DNA of 64,000 nucleotides from Hemiscyllium ocellatum. Lineage: Eukaryota. The position numbers and the translations under genes are program-made. Below, piece by piece: positions 1 to 13,164 of the stretch (positions are counted from its first letter, which is position 1; each line of letters starts with the position of its first letter). Below the pieces are notes generated by a model, which was not told where the DNA came from, made no database searches, and saw only the letters and a program-made list of their open reading frames with translations. The DNA lies in assembly GCF_020745735.1 (NCBI RefSeq), contig NC_083442.1:33886072-33950071 (forward strand). The letters run 5' to 3'.

Positions 1-462
1 AAATACTTTGCAAGGACTGTAACAAACACTACATTGGAAAACCAGCCACCAGGATACATGAAAATCAACTAGACATGACCCACTCTCACTAGTATCCTCA
101 CGTATGGATTTGGAAGGACATCATTTTGACTGGGACAACACATCCATCCTAGGACAAGCCAAACAGAGATACTCACAAGAATTCCTAGAAACATGACCTT
201 CCAGATGGAACTCTATCAACAAACATATTGACTTGGATCACATTTATCATCCCCTGAGAAAAAGAATTAGAAATGACATCACCATAGGAAATGATGTCGC
301 TAGAGGAAATGACATCACCAACCATAGGAAACTTAAACATATAAATAGAAAGTGGGATACACCACCAGTGCTTCATTCGGAGGCTCACTGAAGACGTTAC
401 CTAGTAGGGTGACAAAACATCTGAAAACGAACCTTCTAGCTCAGCGAGCAAATCTACATCCA
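1..462 (+). mobile_element. Degenerate Penelope-like (Poseidon-type) 3' fragment
   Basis: Decayed CKDCNKHYIG / HFDWDNTSILGQAKQR; degenerate hammerhead CTGAAGA...AAAAC at 388-418. Confidence 0.85.
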
Positions 463-816
463 AAATAGGAGATTCACTGAACAACCACTTCTGCATCCAG
501 AATCACATCATGAAGATAATCTCATTTTAACCACTTGAAACTACGCAGTTAATCTTTTAATTAATGCAGCAAGCTTATTAAATAGGTAGGTGCAGTGAAA
601 GGTGCTAACATAAGCAAAAGATCATAGTTATTGGAAGAAGGAAATTTTAATAAATGAAAAGTTCTGAATAATCTTAATTGATACAATTAAAAGAGTAAGT
701 GTCTACAGGCTTGAGTGCTTATTGGCTGATTACCAGCAGACATTTATTGATATTGTGGGGTAGTGGGTGTTTGGATCTATTTATTTAGAATATCTTATTT
801 TATGAATACGTCTAGT

Positions 817-1130
817 GGGCGGCACGGTGGCACAGTGGTTAGCACTGCTGCCTCACAGCGCCTGTAGACCCGGGTTCAATTCCTGACTCAGGCGACTGAC
901 TGTGTGGAGTTTGCACGTTCTCCCCGTGTCTGCGTGGGTTTCCTCCGGGTGCTCCGGTTTCCTCCCACAGTCCAAAGATGTGCGGGTCAGGTGAATTGGC
1001 CAAGCTAAATTGCCCGTAGTGTTAGGTAAGGGGTAAATGTAGGGGTATGGGTGAGTTGCGCTTCGGCGGGTCGGTGTGGACTTGTTGGGCCGAAGGGCCT
1101 GTTTCCACACTGTAAGTCTAATCATAATCA
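817..1130 (+). mobile_element. tRNA-derived HE1-like V-SINE, full length, young
   Basis: A box (TGGCACAGTGG) and B box (GGTTCAATTCC), central TGTGTGGAGTTTGCACGTTCTCCCCGTG domain, CR1-like 3' tail; near-identical to the copies at 16.5 and 18.6 kb. Confidence 0.9.
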
Positions 1131-1261
1131 AAACTGGGTAGAGTCTGACTTCTGCTCTCCTCCTTCACAAACATGACATTTTACACTCAGGAGGTCTAAC
1201 AGCAGTGTACATAACTGCCTCACCTGTTGAAAGGTTTCTGGTGTTTTCTGTTTAGATGTCA

Positions 1262-1470
1262 GTTATGGCTCAGTTGAAAGCGCTGTCATGTGAGACAGAA
1301 GGTTGTGGGCTGAAGTACTACTCCAGAAACTTGAGTGTAAGGGCTAGGCAGACTCTTCCCATGTAGTGTCGATGGAGTGCTGCAATGTCAAGGTGCTGTA
1401 TTTCTGAGAAGACTTTCAACCAAAGGGAAAGGATCCATGGCTAAAATCAATGACATATTACTATTCAAAA
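1262..1470 (+). mobile_element. Ancient tRNA-derived Deu-domain SINE (SacSINE1/AmnSINE-like) remnant
   Basis: tRNA-like head followed by GGAGTGCTGCAATGTC..GGTGCTGTATTTCTGAGAAGAC, resembling the Deu domain. Related relics at ~6790-7040, 16935-17110, 28130-28460(-), 29930-30110(-), 58090-58290. Family named from memory. Confidence 0.55.
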
Positions 1471-3034
1471 GCAGACCTCTCCCCTTCCCCAGGATTCACC
1501 CTTTAAATTAAATGGTATTGAGTTGGAAAACTATGCTGTATGGGACAAGCATAGAATTATACACAATTTGTCCAGGATATAGTAGATTATTTCTGATAGT
1601 CCAGAGACGGGAAGGGAAAGTGTATGTGACAAGTTTATGTTCTTTATGGCTATCTTGTTGTACTCCTTATGACCCAATTTGTTTTCCTCTAAGGAAATTG
1701 ATTGAGCTTAGCTTTCTCTTGACCTAAACTGAACTCGCATTGGACTGAAATGTGCTTCTTTTTATTTATAGATGACAACTGATATTGGTTCTGTCCGTAA
1801 TCAAAGGTTGAGAAATCAGAAAGGGGGAAGAGAAGATCACAAGAACAGTGTGTTTTTGTCGCCTATTTAGGTAACCCTGGTAGTTTGTTTTCTGCTTACA
1901 AGATTATTTTTGTTTCAAGAGGATAGAGTTCTGATGTCACAGGAAGTGCAAAATTAGTTTTCCACGCTTACAAATAACAGCCCAAGTATTGAGCAGCACC
2001 TTCTTAGTGAAATATTAAACTAAGGCCACAGTGACCTATTCAGTGGGTGCTGATCTCTCCTGACACAATCGGAACAGTACGGAGTTTCCTGAACAACGTT
2101 ATTCCCTTGGCCAACACTAGCCAAGAACACTAACTGCTTATTCATTGTGTTTCCATTTGTGATGTTTTACTGTGCACATATCTGTGCCCACAAGACCAGC
2201 CACTTTATGAAGTGATTCACTGTGGTTGAATGGCTCAGGCCATACTATATAAATTCAGTTTATTCTTCTCCATTGAACAGAATGTTTGGATATCCACATC
2301 TCTGACACTTCAAGGAGGTCTGCTGTTTTCTCCTTCACACGTTCCGTGACCTCCACCAGCTGTGATCATTGTGTCTCCCTCAGACCAAGGGACAAATCCA
2401 ATCTCTACCCAATCCATGAATCTCTAATCCCATTCCCAATATAAGGGTTCCTTTTTGTGTAATACCTCGTGGCTACAACGGACTGTGCAAACTCAGTTAG
2501 CTTGTTGAACAACACCATGATTGGAGATAAATGTAAATCTTGAAGCATTCACTGTGCACCATGTGGATTAGTTTCAGTGCACAACACAAACCCTCTGCCT
2601 CTGAACTGTGAGCTTGCAAAGTCTGGGAATCTTCAAATACAGCAGAGACTGGCCACCACACACAACAGATAAACTGAAATCCAGTTGTGCCTGCCAGCTG
2701 GAGTCAACCTGCATGAATAATCTTAATGCTGTTTCTAAAGAATACAGAATCAAAAGAGGGTTTGTGCTAAAATGGAAAACTGAAGAGGGCCCTTTCTGCA
2801 GTTGAGAACCTTTCGTGTATGTTAAGTACAGACAGAACATTACATTGCACTCATGTTCAAGTAATGACAAGTCTCGGGTGGTCCAGCATTGCTTATATTC
2901 ATAAACCTGTTGCCAAAGTGACATTGCCTGTCAATGACCAATAATGTGTAACTGACACAGAGGAAGATGAAGTAACTCCACAGAGTCCGTATCTCATCAC
3001 GGTGGCTAATGGTAATATTCTTGGTAGCATGAAT

Positions 3035-3672
3035 GAGCAGAGTGCTCTCAGTGTCCATGTGCATAGATCCTTGAAAGTTGCCACCCAGGCTGACATAGTG
3101 GTTAAGAAGGCATATGGTGTGTTAGCTTTTATTGGTAGAGGGATTGAGTTTTGGAGCCACGAGGGCATGTTGCAGTTGTAGAAAACTCTGGTGCGGCCAC
3201 ACTTGGGAGTATTGCGTACAGTTCTGGTCGACACATTACAGGAAGGATGTGGAAGCATTGAAGTGAGTGCAGAGGAAATTTACCAGGATGTTGCCTGGTA
3301 TGGGGGGAAGATCTTATGAGGAAAGGCTGAGGGACTTGAGGCTGTTTTTGTTTCAAGAGGATAGATTACGAGGTGACTTAATAGAGACATACAAGATAAT
3401 AGGAGGATTACATAGGGTGGACGGTGAGAGCCTTTTTCCTCAGATAGTGATGGCTAGCATGAGGGGGCATAGCTTTAAATTGAGGGGTGATAGATATAGG
3501 ACAGATGTCAGAGTAGTAAGGACATGGAATGCCCAGCCTGGACCAGCAGTAGACTCACCAACATTAGGGCATTTAAGTAATCATTGCATAAGTATAGGGG
3601 TGTTAATGGAAAAGAGTAGGTTAGATGGGCTTCAGATTGGTTTAGTAGGTCGGTGCAAAATTGAGGGCCGAA
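3035..3672 (+). mobile_element. CR1 LINE 3' fragment
   Basis: QRKFTRMLPGM...SYEERL...RLRGDLIETYKI...RGHSFKL motifs. Confidence 0.88.
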
Positions 3673-4639
3673 GATTTTTTTTTCTCTTAATTTTCTTTTG
3701 TTCTATGTTTATATCTGTCAGCCAGTGCTCCCTGATTGGACCAGGTTTATACCTTTAATCAGAATACTCGTATTCTATGAGGTCCGGCTGGTTGACCTCA
3801 TCACTACAGAAGGTGCCAAATTCAACCTGGTCTGTTTGGAGTTACTGATCTCAGGTGAGCTAACTAGAAGGTTTCTTTCTATTCTTTCACATTTATTGTC
3901 CATCCTCTCGCTGCCCTTGAGAAGGTGTTGGTGAGCTGCCTTCTTGAACTGGTGCAATCCCCTTACCAAACCCACAATTCCTTTACAGAGGAGTTTCAGG
4001 AATTCAACTCAGTGACACTGAAGGAACAGTGATATATTCTTGTCGATGGTACACACTGCTGCTACTGAATGTTGGTGGTGGAGACTTGTGGATGTGGTGC
4101 AAACTTTGCCCTGTATGGTGTCAATGTTATTGTTATCCAGGCAGATGAGGAGTATTCCATCACACTCCTGACTTGAACTGAAGAGGCTTTAAGATTCCAA
4201 TCACCCCTGACCTGGTAACCCAAGAGGAAATCCTCTCTCAGTTCTGCCATGGCAACCGTTTCCTGATCTCTTACACATTTACACTTTGCTTGCTGTCATA
4301 TAGCGCACGAACAAGTTCGCAAATGGAGAACTATTTATCTCTTCAGGGATAGACCAGCAGGAAACATGCAAAGCAAAGATTCAATCCCATTGAGTATCAG
4401 TGGAGATTCTGAGTATGGTTTGTTATCAGATATTTTAACTTTGAGGTAGTGGGCATTAACCTTTGAACTGGAGAATCCATTGAAAAGCAGGCATGTCCCA
4501 GAGCCGGAACTTTCCCAGGTTAAATGATTTTAAGTAAAATCATCACTGTTCTGAAGGAATTTGAAGGAGGACTTGTGCTGGAAATGGTAAAAAGTTCACG
4601 TTGGGTCAGTTGGAGGGATCTTCTAAGGAAGCAGAGCGT

Positions 4640-4918
4640 TTGCATAAGCTTTCTGTGTATCTATTCCAGTCCTGGGAATAATTGACAGGGATAGTGTGGA
4701 GAGAGCTTTACGCTGTATGTAATCCCATGCTTTCCTTGTCTTGGGAATGTTTGACAGGAGACAATGTAGAGAAAGGTTTACCCTCGTTCTAACCCATTGC
4801 TGTCCCTGTCATGTGAATGTTTGATGGGTATACCATCGAGAGAGCTAAACTTTCAGTTTAAATTGAAAGAGTTTGCTGTACTCCGTATCTAGCTCTATGC
4901 TGTCCCTGTTTTGGGTGT
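4640..4918 (+). repeat. Degenerate ~65-70-bp tandem repeat, 3-4 units
   Basis: Recurrent TGTATCTAA..CC.TGCTGTCCCTGTC.TGGGAATGTTTGA..GG.ACA.TGTAGAG..AGCTTTAC. Confidence 0.75.
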
Positions 4919-7572
4919 CTCCCTTCCTCACGTTAATTATAAAATCTGTTAATTCTGGGTGATGTTAATGCTGAGTTCGCCTCTTTCTCTCAATGATGCT
5001 GGGTTCTCATTCACTTTTCTTGTTAATTCTGGGATCTGCCTCCCTGTGTCTCTCGGGATAAACCAAATGTGATGCGGAAGTTGGTTTCCCGCCATCAGAC
5101 AGCCTCACCCAGCTCCCAGTCCCTGAGGATCTGAATTGGAATTGGGAGAGACACAGAACTGCGGCAGCCTCAGCAGAAGTTGCAGAGACTGTGGGAGTGG
5201 TGGGGGCTGTAAGGTTAGGCATCCCCACTGCCCTGACCGATACATCAGTAAAGTTAGACAGTGATAAAGTCCCATGAAGGAAGGGGGGTGAGGATATTTC
5301 AGCCAGAGTCTGGGACTGATGCAATCCTTTCAGACTGGGTTCACTGACCCATCTGCAACAAGCATTTGCAGCGCTCAGCTTGATTCCTGAGAGAACCCGA
5401 ACCGGCTGGTTAAACACTTGTACACCGCGTTAAAAGAACAACACCTCAGCCATGCTGTTAGCCAGTCAAAATGCACAGCAAGATCCCACAAAGCGGGACT
5501 GGAAACCAAGGGGCAAAAACTGACATGTCAACTTCCAATTCCGGACAGGAACCATTAAAAGCAAGAGTCATCTTCCTCCTCTAGTGCCTGTAAATTCAGC
5601 ATCCCCTACCAAAACTGAGCTGAACTTCACAGAATCAGGTTCGGTTTGGGATGTCTCTCCGCTCAATCACACACCTGCCTTGCAACTTCCTCCAAGTAGT
5701 CATCCATTCGCCAGATCGTTCTGAACACGCTGATACTCGACTGATCTCCACCCCCACCCACACGTCCCAAACTTCATTGTAATGGGCTCGAGTTGCCTCC
5801 TCCAGGTGTAGCTTATTTTGCAGTTTACTTACAGCCATAGTGGGGTCTGACTGCCCCCAGCCCATCCACGTCGTCTGATGTGGACATTCTCAACTCACTC
5901 TGCCCCTCCAAACCCCGACGAAAGGACACCGCCAAGTCTCCGTTTTCCAGCAGGGTGGGCGGTGGACTTCGTTATACGTGTATCTCAGTCTCTTTCAGCG
6001 TTTCCTTCCTCTCCTCCCTCTCTCTTTCTCTCAGTCACTTGTGGGTGTAGCTTCATGCTCAGCATTCATCTTACACTCCCTCTATTGCTCTCCCTTTGTA
6101 CTGCACTGCTTATGCTTTCACTTTCTCCAGTGACTCCACATCCTTCGTATCCCCTTGCCGTTCTGGCTTGAAAATTGTCCAGACACTTAAATGTAAGAAC
6201 GAGAGGCAATCTCAGTGAGGTGTGTAAGATTCTGAATGGGGTAGACGCTGGGAGATTGTTCCGCCGGCCATGGAATATAGAACACAGGAGACCATCCCTT
6301 AGGAAAACAGGACTGACTGTTTAAGACTGAGATGAGAAGAGGTTACTTCATTCAAAGGGTTGTGAATCTTTAGAATTCTCGACCCCAGCGGATTGTTGAT
6401 GCTCCGTTGTTGAATACAGATAAGGATGGAGGCGACAGACTTTTGGTCTCCCAGGTAAGCAAGGGATCAGAGAAGTAGGCAGGGAGGTGGAGTTCAAGGC
6501 TAATGTTAAACATAATTCCAGTGAATGGCAGAACAGGTTGGACTGGCTATACAGTCTACTCATTGTCCTATTTCTTGTGACCTTACCAAATTTTGTTATC
6601 TCTCCCCACCTCCCCCCCCCCCCCCCCCCCAATCCCCTTGCTTGTAGGAATTTGAGGCTGTTCAGCCCCTCAAGCCTGTTTCATCATTCAGAATGATCTG
6701 GCAGTTCTTTATCTTAATTCCACTTTAATTTACACTCTGGCTAGCAAAGTTCTATGCAACTCCAAATAAAATATAATACTGGGGGATGGGGAACTGCACT
6801 GCACTGTTGGAAGGACAAATTTGTGAATGATTAGCCAAATTGAGATCCTGACTGTGTTTCAGGGGAATATAAAGCATCTGATTGAATTTTTTCAAAGATG
6901 ATTCTCCTTAGTGTCATAACCAATATTTATCCCTCAAAAGAAATCACTTAGGTGGGTAACTTTGTCACTGCTGGAGATTTCAGTGTGTCACTTGGCGGTT
7001 GATTCTCCCATTACAACAGGGACTACACTTAATGCACTTTCTAAATGCACGTTTTTTTTCTTTTATCCCTGAAACTGAGGAATATACTTTTACAATCCAT
7101 TATTTTGAAATAAGAACAGGACTTTGAGGATTTTAACAGAGACACTTTGTTGCGCCTTCTTGATACTGTGATCTGATGAGCACTGCCACGGCAGAAGGCC
7201 AATTATTAATAAAAAAAAACTGGTTTACTTAGATTATTTGCTAATTATTTTGTCCATTTCCTAACATGTTGTGTAAGATAATAAATTGGTCTATATGGTG
7301 ACAAAGTCTGTGTCTTGTGCCAGACTCATAACCTCCTGTGGATGTTCCAGAAAGAGAAAGAGAGGAAAATACTGGGAAGTAGGGAGAGGAAACCAAATGG
7401 TTATCTGTTGCCACTTGTCCTGCTCCTAATTCCTTTCCCTTTACTGCTGCCCCTTCTCATTCTGCCTCTGTGACTTCATTGTCACTCTTCTGCTGGCACA
7501 ATTTGTCTCACTTATTTAGGCTCACTCCACTTTGAAGGGTGTTTCTTTGAGGTGAGTCATGGGTGCTCTCAG

Positions 7573-7774
7573 TGTAAAAAATGAGGTCTGCAGATGCTGG
7601 AGATCACAGCTGAAAATGTGTTGCTGGTCAAAGCACAGCAGGCCAGGCAGCATCTCAGGAATAGAGAATTCGACGTTTCGAGCATAAGCTGAAGGGCTTA
7701 TGCTCGAAACGTCGAATTCTCTATTCCTGAGATGCTGCCTGGCCTGCTGTGCTTTGACCAGCAACACATTTTCA
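7573..7774. mobile_element. ~200-bp fold-back element made only of Neptune-type PLE termini, 16-bp TSD
   Basis: Perfect 79-bp inverted arms 7611-7689 / 7696-7774; TSD TCATGGGTGCTCTCAG at 7557-7572 and 7772-7787. Confidence 0.9.
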
Positions 7775-8345
7775 TGGGTGCTCTCAGCCAGCTTCAGAGG
7801 GGCTCTCTGTTCCCCCAACCCATGCTTTTGAGCAGACAACTAATTTTGGGCCTGAGATTGTTGCAAATTTGTTTCAGGGAGATTTTATTTAAGCAGTGTG
7901 TTTATTCCAAATCAGAAACACTAGAGATGACCTTGAAGGTGCAAATAATAACTGATGATACTGACAACTGATTGCGCCATGCTTCCACTTACACACTGAT
8001 CAGACAACTGCTGATACCAGTGGTCAATTTATTAAATGATTAAAATTCATAAAGAACTGGCTGATTGGTGTGTGCGGTGAATTATAAAACTTTTCACTGT
8101 ATTTTTCATATAAAAGTACACATGACAATAAATTTCTATTCTATTCTATTCAGGCCACATATGGATACTAAATTCCAGGGACATGGTAGCAGTATTTATA
8201 TGACTGGATTAATAATCCAGGATTATGGGTTTATAATCTGCAGATGTAAATCCAAATTCTACCATGGCAGCTGGGGAATTTGAATTAAATTAATTAAAGA
8301 AACCTAGAATAAAGGCTAACACCATCATAGTGAAACTACTGGATT

Positions 8346-8848
8346 AGCGAGTTTTGCGAAGTTTTGTAGCTCAGGTTGTAGTTCTAGGTATGTGTTTGCT
8401 CACTGAGCTGGAAGGTTTACTTTCAGACGCTTCATCTCCATACTATTTCAGTGAGCTTCTGAATGAAGCATTGGTGGTGTCGCCTGCTTTGTATTTATAT
8501 GTTTGAGTTTCCTTGTGTTGGTGACATCATTTCCTTTTTTTCCTCAGAGAGTGGTAAATGGGATTCAAGTCAATTTGTTGAGCGCGTTTCAGTTGGCATG
8601 CTATGCTTCTAGGAATTCTCGTGCATGTCTCATTGTCATTATTACAGTGCTTGTCCTAGGATGGATGTGTTGTCCCCATCAAAGTCGTGTCCTTCCTCAT
8701 CCGTTTGTAAGAATACTAGTGAGAGTATAAATAGAAAGCAGGCTACACCACCAGTGCTTCATTCAGAGGCTCGCTGAAGATGTTAGCTAGTATGGTGACG
8801 AAATGTCTGAAAACGAACCTTCCAGCTCAGAGAGCAAACCTACATCCA
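8346..8848. mobile_element. Penelope-like fragment (-) with inverted terminal copy (+), flanked by 14-bp TSD, inserted in a SINE
   Basis: TSD GAAACTACTGGATT at 8332-8345 and 8849-8862. Same family as 1-462; hammerhead-like motif at 8774-8807. Confidence 0.85.
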
Positions 8849-11800
8849 GAAACTACTGGATTGTTGTTAAAATCCTAGCTGAGTTACTAATTTCTTTTAA
8901 TTAAGCAAACACTGTCCATACCCAGTTTGCTGTCACATATGACTCCAGACCCATTGCAATGTGGTTAGCCATCTGATATTGCTCAATAAGCCACTCAGTT
9001 GTATTAAAACTGCTCCAAGAAACTACAATGTACATAGACTGCAGCTCACCACTCAGGCATTTAGCAATGGGCAACAGCTGCTGGTCTTGCCTGAGCCAGC
9101 CATATCTTGTGATTGAATGGAAAATATTCATGCTCAAAGATCTGAAACTGATAGATCTTGGTGTTCTAACTTAGGATTTATTCACTGACAGGGCAGCCAC
9201 CCATCCAAATAGTCAGGATCACTAAATACAACAAAGGAGGACATAACTTAAAAAAATGTAAGTAGACGTGCAAAAGAATTGCCAAGGCACACACTACTTT
9301 GCTGATGAGATCAGGATGTCCATGATGCAAGTTAAATGCACCAGAAATATGTTATAAAGTTTCCTCCCTTTCTATCATGTTCTCCATTCACTCCCCTGAG
9401 ATATTTAGAACTGCTCAGTTGGTGACATTGTTCAGGAGGGAGAGCAGCTAAGGAGTTTGGCTCTGGTAAAATGGCAGCACACCCACCTTGAGGAATGGGT
9501 AAGTTATCTCTGGTGTCAATATTCTCTGAACCATATTTGTTCCTCAGTCAATATGACACAAACAGATTATCTAGTTGTTATCACAGATGTTTGGGAGATT
9601 TATGTGTGCAAACAGAGTGCTGTGTTTACTCAACCAAGACACTGTACTTATTCATCTGTAAAGTGCTTTGGGACAGCTAGTCAGTGTGAAGTGACATATA
9701 AATGATAGTCTCCCTTTACAATTAAAACAATTTGCATAGCACTGTATTGGGAATTATCATGAAATTTCTCTTCCTGTTACAGTGTAAAGTCTGTCCATGA
9801 AGCCCTGTGTGGAGATCACCTCATTCAGCATGGAGCAGAGGTTGAAACTCACATCCACAGGGCTTAGTAACACATTGGACAACTTATGGAACTATTTCTA
9901 CAGTATCAATTCAGTTAAACATTTTATTTAATCATAATAGTTTCTGTTAGTTTTATTCTTTTGTTTAATTGGGAAGGAAGACAAGAAACACAAAGAAATG
10001 ATAAATTAACACTAAGCTGTCAATTTTAAATTCTGCTAACTGCATGGTGAGGGTGAGATTAGGGAAGAGTATTCTCAAGAACCAGGGAAGGGTTCAATCA
10101 AAGGAAATAGTATGATGTATGTTTATTAGTGAGGAAGTACTAGGCAGTACAATTAGAGCTTGAAACAAGAAAATCCTCATTGTTAAAAGATCATATTTTC
10201 AGAATATTTTCTCTAATTAAAAAAGCAACTAAATTGCCCACAGTGTTCAAGGATGTGTAGACTAGGTGCATTAATCAGGGGTAAAGGGTCTGGGTGGGTT
10301 ACTCTTCAGAGGGTCAGTGTGACTTGTTGGGCTGAAGGGTCTGTTTCCATACTGTATGAATCCTAATTCTAAACTTGATCAGTAATCAACAATTACATTC
10401 CCATTTGTTTTAAGGTCGAGGAACAGTGAGAATGTTCAGACTCTGGCAATTTGCAAATCTCTGATTTTTAATTACTGCACCATTAGTGGCCATGCTTTCA
10501 GCCCCTTGACCTCTGGAATTCCTTCTGTATACTTGTCTCACCTTTCAAGGCAAAGTCTATAAGCCTTTTCTCATCTGCTTAATGTGGTTCCAAGTCACAT
10601 TTTGCTTGATAAACATCTTTGGTCATTTAATTAATTTTTTTATATAGCACAGTTTTAGTTGTCTTTGTAAGTTTACAAATCAATGTGTAGTGAATTATAT
10701 GGAGGACTGCTCCTCCACACGGTTCTATTGCGTAAATACATCACAATTGGGCACAGTGCCATTTCTAATCATGGTCGCCATCTACTGCTGAGAATCATCC
10801 CATGCAATCAAACTGTCTGCTGTCCCTTGGCTAATTTTAAACAAACTCATGAATAAAAAGTGCAACATAAAAACAGGCCTTCCGAGTCAACTAGTTGCTG
10901 TCAGCATTTGCACTCCACATGAGCAAAGAATACGTAATACCTTTTACTCAGGGTCGTGGTTTGAGGAAATACCTGTTCCATTCTCCCTCATCCATTTGGC
11001 ACATGTAATCAATATTTCTGCCTCAGCTACTGGAGTTCAGAAAAGTAAGAAGCTTTTTGATTGAAACATAAGATCCTGAAGGGTCTTGACAGGGCAGTTA
11101 TACAAGGGATACCCACGAAACACAGAGATGAAGAGACATTTTCTCTCAGATGGTGGTAAATCTGTGGAGCTTAATTCCTTGAAAGGCAGTGGAAGCAGAG
11201 TCTTTAAATATTTTTGAAGTGGAAGTAGATAGATTTATGATAAGGAAGGGGGGGGAGGTGAAAGATTATTGGAATATATTGGAATGTACAATAATCAGAA
11301 AGTCATGGTCTCATTGAAGGACAGAACATACCAGAGACTGGATTGCCTGCTCCTAATTTGTAAGTTTATATGTACAACCACAGACAGGAACTGAATTTCT
11401 CAGCTTTGTAATGCTCTGCGTGAAGCAGTTTCTCCTCTTTATATGTGAATGGGATATAGGCATCGCTGCCAAAGTCAGCATTTATTGCCCATTCTTAATT
11501 ATCCTGAAGGTGTTGTGAGTTATCTCCTTGAACTGCTGCAGTCTTTATGGGCTAGGGCCACTCTCAGTGTTGTCAGGTACCGTTTAGCAGTTTTCGCAGT
11601 TACAGTGAAATAACAGTGGTTAGTCTAAGTCAAGATGGTAAGTGGCTTGGAGGTCAATTTACAGGTGGTGGCATTTGGATGCATCTTCTTCCTTTGCTTT
11701 TAAGTGATAGGGGTCGCAGAGTTGGAAGGTGCTGTTGGAAAAGCCTTAGTAAATTGCTGTACTGCATCTTGATGGCACAATTGCTGCTACTGTGTACCAG

Positions 11801-13164
11801 TGGTGAAGGGTATAATGAAGCTGCTTTGTCCTGGATGATGTCAACTTTTCTGTTGTTGGAGCTGCCAAGTCCGAAGTATTCCTGACTTGTGCTGTGTCCT
11901 TTGTTGTAAATGTCTAATGATTTAACCTTGGACCAAAGATCACTTGTTCTTGACTATAGGAGATAGACAGCTTCTATTTACCCTCTCCAATTATAACATT
12001 TAAATCATTTACACCACACTACCTCTAACTTGTGTTTCTTGATCAGAAAGTGAAAAGGCATCCCTAGTTTGAGATAATTGAGGATGGTTAGTGTCTGTGT
12101 TGAAATATAATTTTAGTTTGCATTGAAGTCACAAAAATGCTGTGATTTGCTTAGGAGGGAATGTAATCACACTTTGAGTGTGAAAAAGCAAAGGAAATGT
12201 CTTTATCCTCACAGTGAATTTAAATGCACACTGAGAATTACTAATTCCATTGATGAGGCTCAGCTCCACACAAACATCTGAAATCAATCTGAAATTTCCA
12301 AGTTTGCAACTTAATACTACAGACTTGCACTCATCATTCATCCACCCAAATTCAGCAAGCTATGAATATGGCTATGACCGTGAAATGGCTTCCTCTCTGG
12401 TGGAGAGCTCTCCTGGTGCAGACAGCGCAGCTGTGTAGCTGATAATTCTACTGCTTTGTGAGAAGTTGAGCTGCACAAGCAACAAGACTCCAGTCATTTT
12501 AAAAATGTATTCACAGGAAATAGTAACTTTTCACAAGACTGGCATTCATTGCTGTTGTGCTGAACAAATTTATTGGGTACAGCTGAGTTACTTGTGAGGT
12601 CATTTCAAAGGGGACCATGCTTCTGTGGGTCTGGAATCACATGTAGACTGGGCTAGGTTAGGATATCTGATTTTCTTGTGGAGAGGTTATTAGTGAACTA
12701 AATAAAGTTTTACAACAGTCCTGATCACCGTTATTTATACTAGCTTCTTAGCATATTTATTTATTAATTGAAGTAAAATTCACCAGGTGCTTTGGTGGGA
12801 ATTGAACTCACGTCATGTCAGGTCTGAGGATTACTGATTCAGTAATATAAAGATACAACACCCACATAATTCCATGCAGTACGGAACTACCTGAACTTAA
12901 GGAAGGGCAATATAATTAACGTGATTCCAAGTGAGCGAGGATAATAATCAATGAGGACAGCTATTCGTTTTCCCATTCTTACCTTCAAGAAAATGAGTGA
13001 GAGACTGGAACAGGTTTGGTCATAATATCCTCAAAGTTAACTCTTAGATTCTGAGTTCAGGTAAGAGTGGCCATACAGGTAAGATACTGCTGCCTTTGGT
13101 ATCGTAAACAAGAATAGTTAATCTTCAGAAGACAGAGAAAAGCTGGAAAAGAAAAATCACAGGA

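Noticed and set aside
817-890. tRNA gene
   Set aside because: The tRNA-like head continues into the SINE body and tail.
853-1131. Repeated ~90-140-aa ORFs (also 16410-16781, 18556-18972) resembling a gene family
   Set aside because: Antisense translations of the HE1-like SINE.
5876-5925. CTGATG...CGAAAG as a hammerhead
   Set aside because: Core reads CUGAUGU and no stem II forms.
7172-7200. CTGATGAG followed by a CTGCC/GGCAG hairpin as a hammerhead
   Set aside because: No properly placed GAAA box or stem I/III pairing.
9783-9930. Possible terminal exon of GRAMD2A
   Set aside because: An acceptor-like site is present, but no frame resembles the GRAMD2 C-terminus.
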